From the NCBI RefSeq assembly GCF_006345805.1, contig NC_042998.1, positions 140,864,001-140,928,000 on the forward strand: DNA of 64,000 nt. Reading direction: 5' to 3'. This document shows, piece by piece, positions 12,840 through 24,848 of the stretch. This DNA is from Octopus sinensis. Lineage: Eukaryota. The translations under genes were made by a program, and so were the position numbers. Each line of letters begins with the position of its first letter. Positions within the stretch are counted from its first letter, which is position 1. The notes under the pieces are model-generated. The model worked only from the letters and a program-made list of their open reading frames with translations. It was not told where the DNA came from and did no database searches.

Positions 12840-13450
12840 GAGAATTTACAAAAAAAAAACAAAAGATGAAGGCAGGTGTGTAAACAACAAACAGATGTAT
12901 AAGTTTAATGTTCAGGAAATAAGAATGCCTTTTACGTTTCGAGCCTACGCTCTTCACAGAAAGGAACACAGAAATGAACAGGGAGAGAAAACAGAAAAAG
13001 ATTTAGTGGCTAGCGATCTATCAGGGCGAATGCCAGATAGAGGAGTCACAAAGGGCAGCTAAGAAGAAGGGGAGATAAAGTAGTGGTGATCCTAAAACAA
13101 AGTTCCGCATGCATGTGTATGTGAATGTGGAAGGGGGCTGGTGACCTTGATGTGTACGGGTGTGCATGTGTAGGTGTGTGTGCTGGGAAGTGATCAGTGT
13201 CGGCGTGTGTGGGGTGGTGGTGTGGTGTGTGGTGGTGTTGGGGTGTGGAGGAAGTAAGGGTTGTGTCTAAGGGATGGGGTGGAATGGATGTTTAAGGATA
13301 ATGGGGTTGGAATGTGTAGGGGTGGGGTAGGGAGAGAGGGTGAAAGGGACAAGGTGAATAGAAGTGAAGTAGGTACCAGAGCAAAAGAGGAGAGGTGGGT
13401 GAGAGGAAGTAGGTGTGAGAGGAGGAGAGGAGAGAGGAGGAGGGTTAGGA
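12840..13450 (-). mobile_element. 5'-truncated 3' end of a Penelope-like element related to the 52.2-56.1 kb element
   Basis: Colinear similarity to 52221-52930 (agaatt..caaaaa..aaaagaYgaag.caggtg; tttcgagcctacgctctt; gtggctagcgatctatca.ggcgaatgcc; agtagtggtgatcc). Confidence 0.85.
12928..12964 (-). ncRNA. Hammerhead-like motif with variant core in the Penelope 3' repeat
   Basis: Minus strand: ccttt CTGTGA a gagc gtag gctc GAAA cgt a aaagg. Helix I ccttt/aaagg, helix II gagc/gctc, palindromic ACGT and a GUA cleavage triplet; the core is 1 nt shorter than canonical. Confidence 0.55.
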
Positions 13451-13569
13451 TTATCAGAAGGTTTTTCTTAATTGATTAATTTAATGCACCTGAGTTATTA
13501 CTATATTTTTCTGAAATCAAGGTTCTGATTGCTAAATTATCTCCCTTTAATAGTCACTCTTTTATACAA

Positions 13570-13950
13570 GACTTGTGGCATACTGTCGGTTACAACAACG
13601 AGGGTTCCAGTTGATCTGATCAAACAGCCATCTTGTGAAATTAACATGCAAGTGGCTGAGCACTCTGCGGACACGTGTACCGCTTAACTTAGTTGTCAGG
13701 GAGATTCAGCACGACACAGAGTGCGACAAGGCTGGGCCTTTGGAATACAGGTACTACAGAAACAGAAAGAAAGAGTATCACAAAGTTGTGGTGAAAGAAT
13801 ACAACAGAGGTGCAACCACCCCCTGCCAGACCCTCGTGGAGCTTTAGATGCTTTTGCTCAATAAACACTCACAACACCTGATCTGGGAATTGAAACCGCA
13901 ATCCTATGACCACGTGCCTGCTGCCCTAACTACTGGGCCATTGAGCCTCC
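13570..13950 (-). mobile_element. tRNA-derived SINE (family D)
   Basis: Reverse complement of ggaggctcaatggcccagtagttagggcagc...ggtcataggattgcggtttcaattccc; a plus-strand homologue is at 33859-34193. Confidence 0.8.
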
Positions 13951-13954
13951 ACTA

Positions 13955-13995
13955 TATATACGTACATGCATATATATATATATGTGTGTGTATAT

Positions 13996-14029
<34 letters not shown>

Positions 14030-14297
14030 CATGTATATACATATATAAATATATATACATGTATATATATATATACATGTATAAATATATATACATGTAT
14101 ATATATATACATGTATAAATATATATACATGTATATATATATACATGTATATACATGTATATACATATATAAATATATATACATGTATATACATATATAA
14201 ATATATATACATGTATATACATATATAAATATATATACATATATATACATATATAATATATATACATGTATATACATATATATATATATATAACATG

Positions 14298-14339
<42 letters not shown>

Positions 14340-14349
14340 ATATAACATG

Positions 14350-14395
<46 letters not shown>
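13955..14395. repeat. AT-rich micro/minisatellite (atatatatacatgtataa-like units)
   Basis: Direct reading of the sequence. Confidence 0.9.
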
Positions 14396-15214
14396 AAAAG
14401 GAATGCAAAAAATGAGACAAGAACGCAAAACATCCAGACAGTTAAATGATACAAAAAAGGGGACAACAAAACATCCAGACAGATGTGGTGCTCCGTCTGC
14501 AGCTATGTTCTGAGCTCAAATTCCGCCGAGGTCGACTTTGCCTTTCATCCTTTCATGGTCAATTAAATAAGTACAAGTTACGCATTGGGGTCAATATAAT
14601 CAACCTAATCCGTTTATCTGTCCTTGTTTGTCCCCCTCTGTGTGTAGCCTCCTGTGGGCAGTAAAGAAATAAGAAATAAGACACACACACATATACATAC
14701 ATACCTACACACACACATATATATAGATAGATAGATACATACATACATACATATATATATACATATACATACATTTATATATATATACATATATATACAT
14801 TTATATATATATATACATAAACATACATATCTACATACATATATATATATATACATACACATCTACATACATATATATATATATATACACACACACATGT
14901 ATATGCATATATATATATATATATGTATGTAAACAAGGCAAGAAAGAAACCATACAAATAAGCATGACTAATTGACACCCTGATGATCAACGATATTAAA
15001 ATTCTTATAGGGAAAAAGATTTAACTTCAATGATAAAACGCCAAAAGAAAAAAATAAGTTTTCAAGATTTCTTAGCTTTCATAGGAAACTTTTTACATCT
15101 CTCTTTTTTCTTTTTCTTGAAATTTCTGATTCATCTTATACGGTATATTAAGTTATACAAACAAATTTCAGTTGTTGCAATTACTATTATTATTGTTGTT
15201 GTTATTATTATTGT

Positions 15215-16110
15215 CAAGGCAACAAACTGGCAGAATCATTAATGTGCTAAGCAAAATGCTTAATGGCATTTTGTTCATCTTTACATTCTGGGTTCAAATT
15301 TTGCCAAAGTTGAGTTTGCCTTTCATCCTTTCTGGGTTGATAATTTAAGTACCAGTGAAATATTGGGGTCAAAGTAATTGTCTAGTCCCCTCCCACAAAA
15401 TTTCAGGCCTTGTGAAAAGATTATTATTATTATTAAGGCAGCAAGCTGGCAGATTCATGTGCACAGCGTGTGAAATGCTTAGTTATATTTCATCCGTTTT
15501 GTCATTCTGACTTCAAACCCCACCAAGGTCGACTGTCTTTCATCCTTTCAGGGTCTATAAATTAAGTACTAGTGAAACACTGGGGTCAATGTAATCGATT
15601 ACCCCCTCTCACGCAATTTCAGTCCTTGTGTCCTTAGTAGAAAGGATTATTATTATTATTATTAAGGCAGTGAGCTGGTAGAATTGGTAGCATGCTGGTG
15701 GAAATGCTTAGCTGTATTTCATCCATTTTTACATTCTGAGTTCAAATTCGGCAGAGGTTGGCTTTGCTTTTCATCCTTTCAGAGTCAATGAAATAAGTAT
15801 CAGTTGAGCACTGGGGTTGATGTAGTCAGCTATCCCCATCCCTCAAATTTCAGGTCTTGTACCTATAGTAGAAAGGAATCATGTGAAGCAGGAAGCTGGC
15901 AGACTCATTAATGCACTGGACAAAATGCTTTGTGACATTTTTTCCACCTTATGTTCTCAGTTGAAAGTCTGACAAGGTCAACCTCACCTTTCAAATCTAG
16001 CAGGGTTGATAAAATAAGTATCAGTCAAGTACTGGGGTCAATGTATCCAACTAGCCCCTTCCCTGAAAATTGCAGACCCTTTGCCTATAGTAGAAAGGAT
16101 TATTATTATT
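15215..16110 (+). mobile_element. Head-to-tail chain of 4 family A SINEs
   Basis: Heads aaggc..c.agctggcaga at about 15216, 15434, 15663 and 15885, most preceded by an (ATT)n tail. Confidence 0.85.
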
Positions 16111-16224
16111 GTTGAGTCTCACAGAAGGGTTGATAAATGACCATGGCCTTTTGTCAATTGCTGTGCTTGAGAAGGCCCATCAAGCCAAGTGATATCATAG
16201 TTGTGGTCAGTGACAGTGACATGT

Positions 16225-16580
16225 AAAGGGCACCCATGCCAGTGACACATAAAAGGCACTTGTTCTGGTGACACGTAACGGGCACCCATACCAGTAACAC
16301 ATAAAAGGCACCCATGCTAATGACATGATGACAGGTGAAAGGCGCCCATGCCAGTGACACATAAAAGGCACCTGTTCAGGTAACACGTAAAAAGCACCCA
16401 TGCCAGTAACACATAAAAGGCACTTGTTCTGGTGACACGTAAAAGGCACCCATGCCAGTAACACATAAAAGGTACCTGTTCTGGTGACACACAAAAGGCA
16501 CCCATGCCAGTAACACGTAAAAGGCACCTGTTCAGGTGACACATACAAGCATCCATGCCAGTAACACATAACAGGTACCC
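16225..16580 (+). repeat. 26-bp minisatellite with alternating A/B monomers (52-bp higher-order unit) upstream of an RTE-type 3' tail
   Basis: A = aaaaggcacccatgccagtaacacat, B = aaaaggcacctgttctggtgacacgt, about 13 monomers; followed by gagtggttggcattaggaagggcatccagcc...(GAT)n. Confidence 0.85.
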
Positions 16581-16954
16581 CCTACATTCTGTGGAGTGGT
16601 TGGCATTAGGAAGGGCATCCAGCCATAGAAACCAAATCAAAACAAACTGGAGTCTGGTACAGCTCTCCATTTACCATGTCCAGTCAAACTGTTTAACCCA
16701 TACCAGCATGGAAAACAGATGTTAAATGATGATGATGATGATGATGATGATGATATTGTTACTATTACTGTTGTTGAGTTCAATTTCCACAGAGGTCGAC
16801 TTTGTCTTTCATCTTTCAGGGTTGATAAATTAGTTACCAGTGAAACACTTACCCCCTCCCCCCAAAATTCAGGCCTTGTGCCTATACTAGAAAGGATTAT
16901 TATTATTGTTGTTATTATTATTATATGAAGTAGCAAGCTGGTAGAATCATTCAC

Positions 16955-17106
16955 ACAAGTTAATGTGTGAAAATCAAAATATGAATTTCAAAAGAAGTTT
17001 TTATAAAACTTGTTTTTAAACACTGAATAGCTGGGGTGGGGTGGGGGGGAAAATAAAATAGTAATCAAAGGATTCATAGATAAAAATAAATGGTTGAGAA
17101 CCCCTG
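16955..17106. mobile_element. hAT/Charlie-type terminal fragment
   Basis: Ends in aaatggttgagaacccctg (reverse complement caggggttctcaacc, a Charlie-type TIR); the matching left TIR was not found. Confidence 0.5.
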
Positions 17107-18093
17107 AAAGTCATACCAGTAAAGACTATCAATGTTAAATGATGATGATGATGATGATGATGCATGACTGGCCACTTTTAGTATTTGTTAACAAAATCCA
17201 CTCACAAGTCTTTGGTCAACGTGAGGCTATAGAAGGAATCACTTGCCCAAGATGCCATGCAGTAGGACTGAACCTGAATACAAGTGGTTGGGAAATGAAC
17301 TTCTTAAGCATACAGCCATGCCAGCACTTATTAAAAACAACACTTGTAAAGCATAAACACTAAACATATTAGATGCAAACTAAAACTTATACACAAGGCA
17401 TGGTTGTGTGGTAAAAAGTTAGTTTCCCAACCACATGGCCCCTTGGGCAAGTGTCTTCTATTAAAACCTCAAGCCAACCAAAGCCTTGAGTGGATTTGGT
17501 AGATAGAAACTGAAAGATAGTCATTGTATACATGTATATATCTATGTGTGTGTGTGTCTATACCTGTGTTTGTCCCTACCTTGGCTTGACAACTGGTGTT
17601 GGTGTGTTTATGTCCCCATAACTTAGCAGTTTGGCAAAGAGATCAATATAATAAGTACCAAGTTTTAAGAAAGACAAAATAAGTACAGGAGTCGATTAGT
17701 TTGACTGAAATTCTTCAAGGCGGTGCCCCAGCATGGCCACAGTCTAACAAGTGGGACAAGTAAAAGATACATAAATAAGTATATAAATAAATTACTAATG
17801 AATTAACTTATATAAGTCATCAAATACTAATTTCTGATGGTGTCAAACAGCCTTAGAAAATACAGCTTAACAATGCTTGTTCGGCATATACAAACAAGAT
17901 GTTTGTTATGTGTGTGTGTATGTGTGTGCATGCGCATGTGTGTGTGTGTACCATGCATAGTGAATTAAGATCTTTTATTGAATGAAATAACACGTGTTTA
18001 AATGACAGTAGGCTACGTTTATAAATAGTGCAGAAAATATGCAATAGATATAAATAGTACTAAAGTGAATTAACAGCATTTATATACACTGAC

Positions 18094-18148
18094 CTCCATA
18101 TGCTAGCATTTTCAATTGCTGTACTTCAGTGTTGCTGATGTAACATAA
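18094..18148 (-). CDS. Candidate 55-nt internal exon (LCYISNTEVQQLKMLAYG)
   Basis: Minus strand: acceptor ccgtgtttctcag|, donor GAG|gtcagt, one of three frames open. No homology evidence. Confidence 0.25.
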
Positions 18149-18703
18149 CTGAGAAACACGGCAGCGTATACACACATATATACACACACACAGACACAGA
18201 TTGGCTGCAAAGTGCTTATGTCTGTAATAAAATACACTATTGTGACTCATTGGTTTAAAGAAACACCAATATTCTACCTGGACATTTTTATCTCATGGAT
18301 TTATGCGGCTTGCTTCTTTTATCTTATTTACAGCTAAAAGAAGGCTGATGATGTCTATAGCCTGTAATGGGTATATATGTTACCGGGTTACAGTGTATTG
18401 GTGGTGGTGGTGGTGGTGTTTAACGACAAGTTGACCCTGAAAAACTAGACCTATTGCCAGTCTTTCTGTTATAGTGCATCTAGAGCTACATAATATCATT
18501 ATTATTATTATTATTTAATGTGGTGAGCTGGCAGAATTGTTAGCACACCAGGTGAAATATTTAGTGGTATTTCATCTGTTGTTACATTCTGAGTTCAAAT
18601 TCCGCTGAGGTTGACTTTGCCTTTCATCCATTCAAGGTCGATAAAATAAGTGCCCCCTCCCTGCAAATTTCAGGCCTTGTGCCTTTAGTAGAAAGGATTA
18701 TTA

Positions 18704-18734
<31 letters not shown>

Positions 18735-19210
18735 CAAGGCAGCGAGCTGGCAGAATCATTAACATGCCAAGCAAAATGCTTGGAGGCATTTTGTCCATCT
18801 TTATGTTCTGAGTTTAAATTCCGCTGAGGATGACTTTGCCTTTCATCCTTTCTGGATCAATAAACTAAGTATCAGTCAAGTATGGGGGAAGGTGGGGGGT
18901 CCATGTAATCAACCGACCACCTTCCTCAAAGTTACAGTCCTTGTGACAAAATTTGAAATCATTATCATTAATAATATTAAGGCGGTGAGCTGGCAGAATC
19001 GTTAGCACACCAAGCAAAATGCTTGGTGGTATTTCGGCTGTTGCTATGTTCTGAGTTCAAATTCTGTTGAGGTTGACTTTGTCTTTCATCCTTTCAAGGT
19101 TGATAAATTAAGTACCAGTGAAACACTGGGGGTCAATGTAATCGACTTAACCCCTCCCCCAAAATGGCTGTCCTTGTGGCAAAATTTGAAACCATAATTA
19201 TTATTATTAA

Positions 19211-19430
19211 CCCTTTAGTGTTCAAATTACTCTATTAAATGTAATGCTTTTCCACTCAAATTGTTTTGAATTAATCATGCATTATCTTATAGCTTTGAGG
19301 TTTCAATGATGTGATTGTTTATATTTAGAATGACATTGTCGGGTAGGTGTGAGAGGCTAGATATTACCATTTTGAATATAAAACATGTAGAATATCTGGG
19401 CCAGATATGGCCGGTTTAAACACTAAAGGG
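19211..19430. mobile_element. piggyBac-type MITE (220 bp)
   Basis: TTAA|ccctttagtgttcaaa ... tttaaacactaaaggg|TTAA: clear TIRs and a TTAA TSD. Confidence 0.9.
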
Positions 19431-20697
19431 TTAAGGTGGTAAGCTTGCAGAATCATTAGCATACTAGACAAAATGCTTTGTGGTAGTTCATCTCATTTAC
19501 ATTCGGAGTTGAATTTCCATAGCAGTCGACTTCGCCTTTTATCCTTTCAAAGTTGATAAATTAAATACCAGTGAAACACTGGGATCAATGTAATCAACTA
19601 AACTTCTCCCCACAAATTTCAGGCCTTGTGCCTATAGTAGAAAGGATTACTATTATCATTAAGGTGGTGAGCTAGCAGAACCATTACCACACCAGACAAA
19701 ACACTTTGTGGCATTTGATCTGTCTTTCCATTCCGAGTTCAATTCCGCTGAGGTCAACTTTGCCTTTCATCCTTTCATGGTTGATGAAATAAATACCAGC
19801 TGTACACTGGGGTCAACGTAACCAACTTAGTCATTCCCCCCAAAAATCAGGCCTTCTGCCTATAATAGAAAGGATTATCCATCATCATTATTCAACATCC
19901 GCTGTCTCTGTTGGCATGGGTTTGACCAGGGCTGGTAAGATGGAAGGCTGCACAAGACTCCAGTCTGATTTGGCATGGTTTTCTATGACTGGATGCTCTT
20001 CCTAATTCCAACCACTCCAAGAATGTAATGGATGCTTTAATGTGCCACCGGCATAGGTGCCATTTGCAAGACACCAGTATCTGCCATGACTGCAATTTTG
20101 CTCGGCTTCAAGGGTCTTCTCAAGAACATAATGCCAAAGGTCTCAGTCATTGTCTCAGCAAGGCCCAACACTCAAAAGGTGGCAGACTCATTAGCACACC
20201 AGGCAAATTGCTTAGCAGTATTTTGTCTATCTCTACATTCTGAGTTCAAATTCCACCAAGGTCAACTTTGCCTTTCATCCTTTCATTTGGACACTGGGTC
20301 GATGAAATTGCCGGCCATGTACCAAAATTTGAAATCATTATTATTATTATTTAAAGTGGCAAGCTGGCAGAATCATTAGCACACTAGACAAAAGACTGAG
20401 CAGCATTTCATGTCTTTATGTTCCAAGTTCAAATTCCGCTGAGGCCAACTCCGCCTTTTGCCCCCTCCCCCAAAATTTCAGGCCTCATGCCTATAATAGA
20501 AAAGAGGATTGTCAGTACGTTGGACAAAAGGTGATTTACATTCTGAGTTCAAATCCTATCGAGATCAACTTCACCTTTCATCCTTTCAGGATTGATAAAA
20601 TGAAGTACCGATGAAGCATGGAGATTGATGAAATCAACAAACCCACTCCCTCTAAAAAATTGCTGGGTTTCTGTCAAAATTTGAAATCATTATTATT

Positions 20698-21154
20698 AAC
20701 ATTGTGGGTATTATTTTTTAAAAATCTGTTTCATGCAATCACTTGTCAGGTGACACCCAACACCCTAGGTCAAGCAAAAGTTAAGAAATGTTTAGATATA
20801 ACCAAAAGCTTAGGGAGGGAAGTACAGAAATACATTCATATTATACACATTACACAACTCAACACAAACATTTAAATCAATAGGGTTTTTTCTAAGGACA
20901 TGAGTGGTACTTGTTCACACTTTCTTTTGGTCCTCTGTGAGGTATGGTTCTCCTGGGATGTTGTCTAGATGTTTCTGACATTCCTTTTCTATTATATCAT
21001 GGGCACTGACAATAACAACAGTTTTTACTTTAAGATGTTAAATCTTTTGTATTTCAATTTCCAAGTTCTAAGCTTGTCAAATTCCTTTACAGATATATTT
21101 TTATCAGTGGGGATACTTACATCTATCAGTCGACAAGTATTTTCTTCCCTTGCC
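20698..21154 (-). pseudogene. R4/Dong-like non-LTR retrotransposon 3' end (restriction-like endonuclease C-terminus + 3' UTR)
   Basis: Minus-strand translation ENTCRLIDVSIPTDKNISVKEFDKL...TVVIVSAHDIIEKECQKHLDNIPGEPYLTEDQKKV*TSTTHVLRK resembles the REL-domain end of R4-clade elements; both ends abut (TAA)n/(ATT)n. Confidence 0.75.
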
Positions 21155-24100
21155 ATTATTATTATTATCATTATAAGGTGGTGAGCTGGCAAAATCGTTA
21201 GCACACCTGGTAAAATGCTGCTAGGTATTTTGCCTGTCTTTATGTTCTGAGTTCAAGTTGCAGTGAGGTCAACTTTGCCTTTCATCCTTTCAACTCAATA
21301 AAATAAGTACCAGTTGAACACTAGGGTTAATGTAATCAACATCCCCTCCCACAAATTGCTGCCCTTGTGGCAACATTTGAAACCATTGTTATTACCATTG
21401 TCCTTTCTCAGTTGGTAGGGTAAAATCTGAAAAAACTTTGGTTGTTATTTCTAGCAGATTGAGTGAAGCTGTAAGAGGTCAATATGCATTGAAAATAAAT
21501 GGATAGAGGTAAAAATTTAGGCGATTCTAATGACAGCAATGATAACAAGAAGGAAATAGAAAAGAGCCAAATAGAGTGTAGTGGTGATGGAACATGGGCA
21601 GAAGATTCTAAAGAAAATAAATTATTGTAAAAATGGCAAACATAGCACAATGAAGGAAGTTTTAAGGCTGCCTTTTTTAAATAAACGGTATTTTGGCAAG
21701 TAGACAGATTATTTTCTTTTGAAGCTGAACACCTCATACTATTGAGTTCAATACTTTATGGGTCAAAATTCAATGTAACCTTTGATGATTATGAAATTTT
21801 AGTACCAGAGATCCTAGGTGAAGGTGCATGGATTAGTGGTTAGGGTGTTGCACTCATGATCAAAGGATCGGGGTTTCAATTCCAGGGCTGGGCAGTACGT
21901 TGGGTTCTTGAGCAAAACCCATCGCTTCCATTCTGTTGGTGTCTCATTCAGAGGAAATGTGATTGTGGTCACTAATACACCATAGAAACTAGATAAGCGA
22001 CCCCATGAGTCCTAAGACAAAGGTACTAATGTCCAGGGGTTGATGATGATCCTAGAAGGTCGCTACTAATGACATGGAACACACATATATGGCGATTGAA
22101 CCAACAAGAGAGCTTTTGCATCACACTTACTAGATATAGCAGCCAAATCTACCTCAAATCATACATGTCCATTTGTCCAAAACAACAAACAAAGCTTACA
22201 TTTGACAATGTGATGGTGATGGATCTCTGTTGTTTAACAACAGGATTGATTTGATAATCAACAGAATTACCCAATAAATGGCTGAGTATTCACAGATGCA
22301 TGGGATTCTCAGCTAGAACCAACGTGACACAATATGCAACAAGGCTGTATTTTTAAAAATCATATGTACATTCCACACAACAGGCTTTGGTACAGTTTCC
22401 ATTTGCCCAGTTTCACTCACAAAAGGCTTGGGTTTACTCTAAAGTACTAAATATGACATTTGCCCATGATGCCATGCAGTAGTATCAAACCAAGGATCTC
22501 ATAGTTGCTAAGCAAAGTGCAAAACCATTCAGCCATACTACATCTATATTCACAAGTCCCTTAATCCCTTAGGTGTCATTGGGGTGCTGTAGCCATGCAG
22601 TGTATCTAGGGCCAGAAAACCTGACAGAGCCCATCCCTCTCCAGGCTAAACTCATTCCTACAGTTGAGTGGGCTGGATGAACATGAAATAAAATGCTTTG
22701 CTCAAGAACACAACAGATTACCCAGTCCATGAATTGAAACCACAATCTTATGATCATGAATCCAACACCCTAGCCACTAAGCAACATGCCTCCACTAGTG
22801 GTATCCATTTCTACAGCTGAGTGGACTGGAGCAATGTGAAATGAAGTGTTTTGCTCAAGAACACAACACATCACTCAGTCCAGGAATGAAAACCACAATC
22901 TGATGGTCATGAATCCAACACCCTAACCACTAAGCAATACATCTCCACGCACTTATATTGGACAATGCAATCACTGAAATACAAGAGAATGATGGATTGG
23001 TCACAACTAGAATGCCTTTATGTCTACTCAATCAGGGTTTCTCTCAGATTGAACAACAACAGATAATGCAGCCCTTATTTATGGAGAATCCATAATAATG
23101 CACTCACTTGTTCATTTGTTTTATATCCACTTTTCCATGCTAGCACAGGTTAGACTAATACTGAGACATGGCTTTTGTATGCTTTTCCTTACAGCCAGAT
23201 GTCCATCCTGTCATTAACCCATACCTGTTTTTCTATTGAAGGAAGATCTTTTCTATTCCATTTGCCTTATAAAGTGCAGAACTACTGAAAAATTTGTTAA
23301 CAGGAAACGTCAACAAACAATACTGTTTCACACAGGCACACACGTATACAATGGGCTTTGTACAGTTTTCTTTTATCAGATTCACTCACAAGGCATAGTT
23401 TTGAACCACACTCACTAGATATAGCAGCCAAATCTACCTCAAATCATACATGTCCATTTGTCCAAAACAACAAACAAAGCTTACATTTGACAATGTGGTG
23501 GTGATGGATCTTTTTTCCATGCTTGCATTGGTTGGACCATATTTGTTGAGGTAGATTTTCTATGGGCCAGATGTCCTTACTTGTTGCCAAGCCTCAGCTG
23601 TTTCCAAGCAAGGTCATATTTCTTGTTCAAAGTGCTGCACAGTGGGATGGAACTCAAAACAACGTGGTTATTAAGTGGCCATTTTGACTACACAGCTATG
23701 TCTACAATTAAGTAGTTCATTATTGTACTGTTGCTGTGTAGTTAGAATCTCAATCACATAGTGCCAATTTCAGTCCCATTGGTGGCACCTCTGTTTAGTG
23801 CCACAAGAAAACCCATGGCTTAAGGGGTTAGAAGCATTCTACTCACAATTGTAAGGTTGTGAATTTGATTCCTTGCAACACACTTTAATTCATGTTGCTT
23901 TAGTCTCCACTCAGCTAGCAAAAATGAGTAGTAACTGTATTTCATAAGCACATTCTGAGTCACGTTGAATCTCCCTAAGAACTACATTAAGGGTACACAT
24001 GTCTGTGAAGTGCTCAGCCAATTGCACATTAATTTCACAAGAGGCTGTTCCATTGGTTGGATCAACATGAACATCTGTTGTCATAACTGATGGAGTACCA

Positions 24101-24627
24101 GTTAACCCAGAGTCAACCAAAGCCTTGTGAGTGGATTTGGTAGACAGAAATTGAAAGAAGCTCTTTGTGTGATGATGATATGCATGTATGTCTATACTTA
24201 TGTGTGTATGTGTATATTTGTCTCCTTGTCTTGACATCACATGATAGTTGTAAAATTATTGTCACTGTTATACAAGACATGTCATTCAATATTATGCAAG
24301 AACATGTCTGGCCAAAGAAAAATATGGTGGTTAGAGCAGCGGACTTGCGGTCAAGGGATCGAAGGTTCGAATCTCAGACCGAGCAATGTGTGTTTATGAG
24401 CGAAACACCTTAGCTCCACGTGGCTCTGGCAGAAAATGACTCTTCTGCTGACTCTTTCGCCACAACTTTCTCCCACTCTTTCCTCCTGCATCGTGCAGCT
24501 TACCTACGACGGACCTTGTTTGGAAACAGCTGAGGCTTGGCAACAAGTAAGGACATCTGGCCCATAGAAAATCTACCTCAACAATTTTGGTCCAACCAAT
24601 GCAAGCATGGAAAAAAGAATGCATTAA

Positions 24628-24848
24628 CCTTTTAGCATTCAGATTTCTTTGTCAAATATGATGTTTATTTATTCATATTCTTTTGATTTATTCTTGCATT
24701 ATCTTGTAGCTTCAAGATTTCAATGATGTGATTGTATGGTGTTTGAATGACATTGTAAGGTTAAGTGTGAGATGCCAGATCTGGTCAGTTTGAACATAAA
24801 ACAGGTGGAATATTTGGGCCGGACATGGCCGTTTTGAATGCTAAAGAG
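24628..24848. mobile_element. piggyBac-type MITE (221 bp)
   Basis: TTAA|ccttttagcattcaga ... ttgaatgctaaagag|TTAA; internally homologous to 19211-19430. Confidence 0.85.

Larger units (their letters stand above)
18515..21390 (+). mobile_element. Head-to-tail chain of about 9 family A SINEs with nested insertions
   Basis: Heads or bodies at about 18518, 18737, 18978, 19433, 19661, 20165, 20353, 20510 and 21175, separated by (ATT)n/(ATC)n tails, a piggyBac MITE, an inverted RTE tail and an R4/Dong fragment. Confidence 0.85.

Noticed and set aside
11071-14990. Dozens of ORFs rich in Y/I/H/T/C/V, up to 204 aa
   Set aside because: They are translations of (TA)n/(CA)n microsatellites, which lack stop codons; not proteins. 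The same applies at 44.7-45.2, 47.9-48.9 and 50.3-50.7 kb.
16225-16580. CRISPR-like repeat/spacer appearance
   Set aside because: The would-be spacers alternate between two recurring sequences, there are no cas genes, and the context is eukaryotic; it is a minisatellite.
21505-21640. Short plus-strand ORF MDRGKNLGDSNDSNDNKKEIEKSQIECSGDGTWAEDSKENKLL and overlapping 109-aa minus ORF
   Set aside because: Protein-like composition, but no recognisable motif, no convincing splice donor and no support for either strand.
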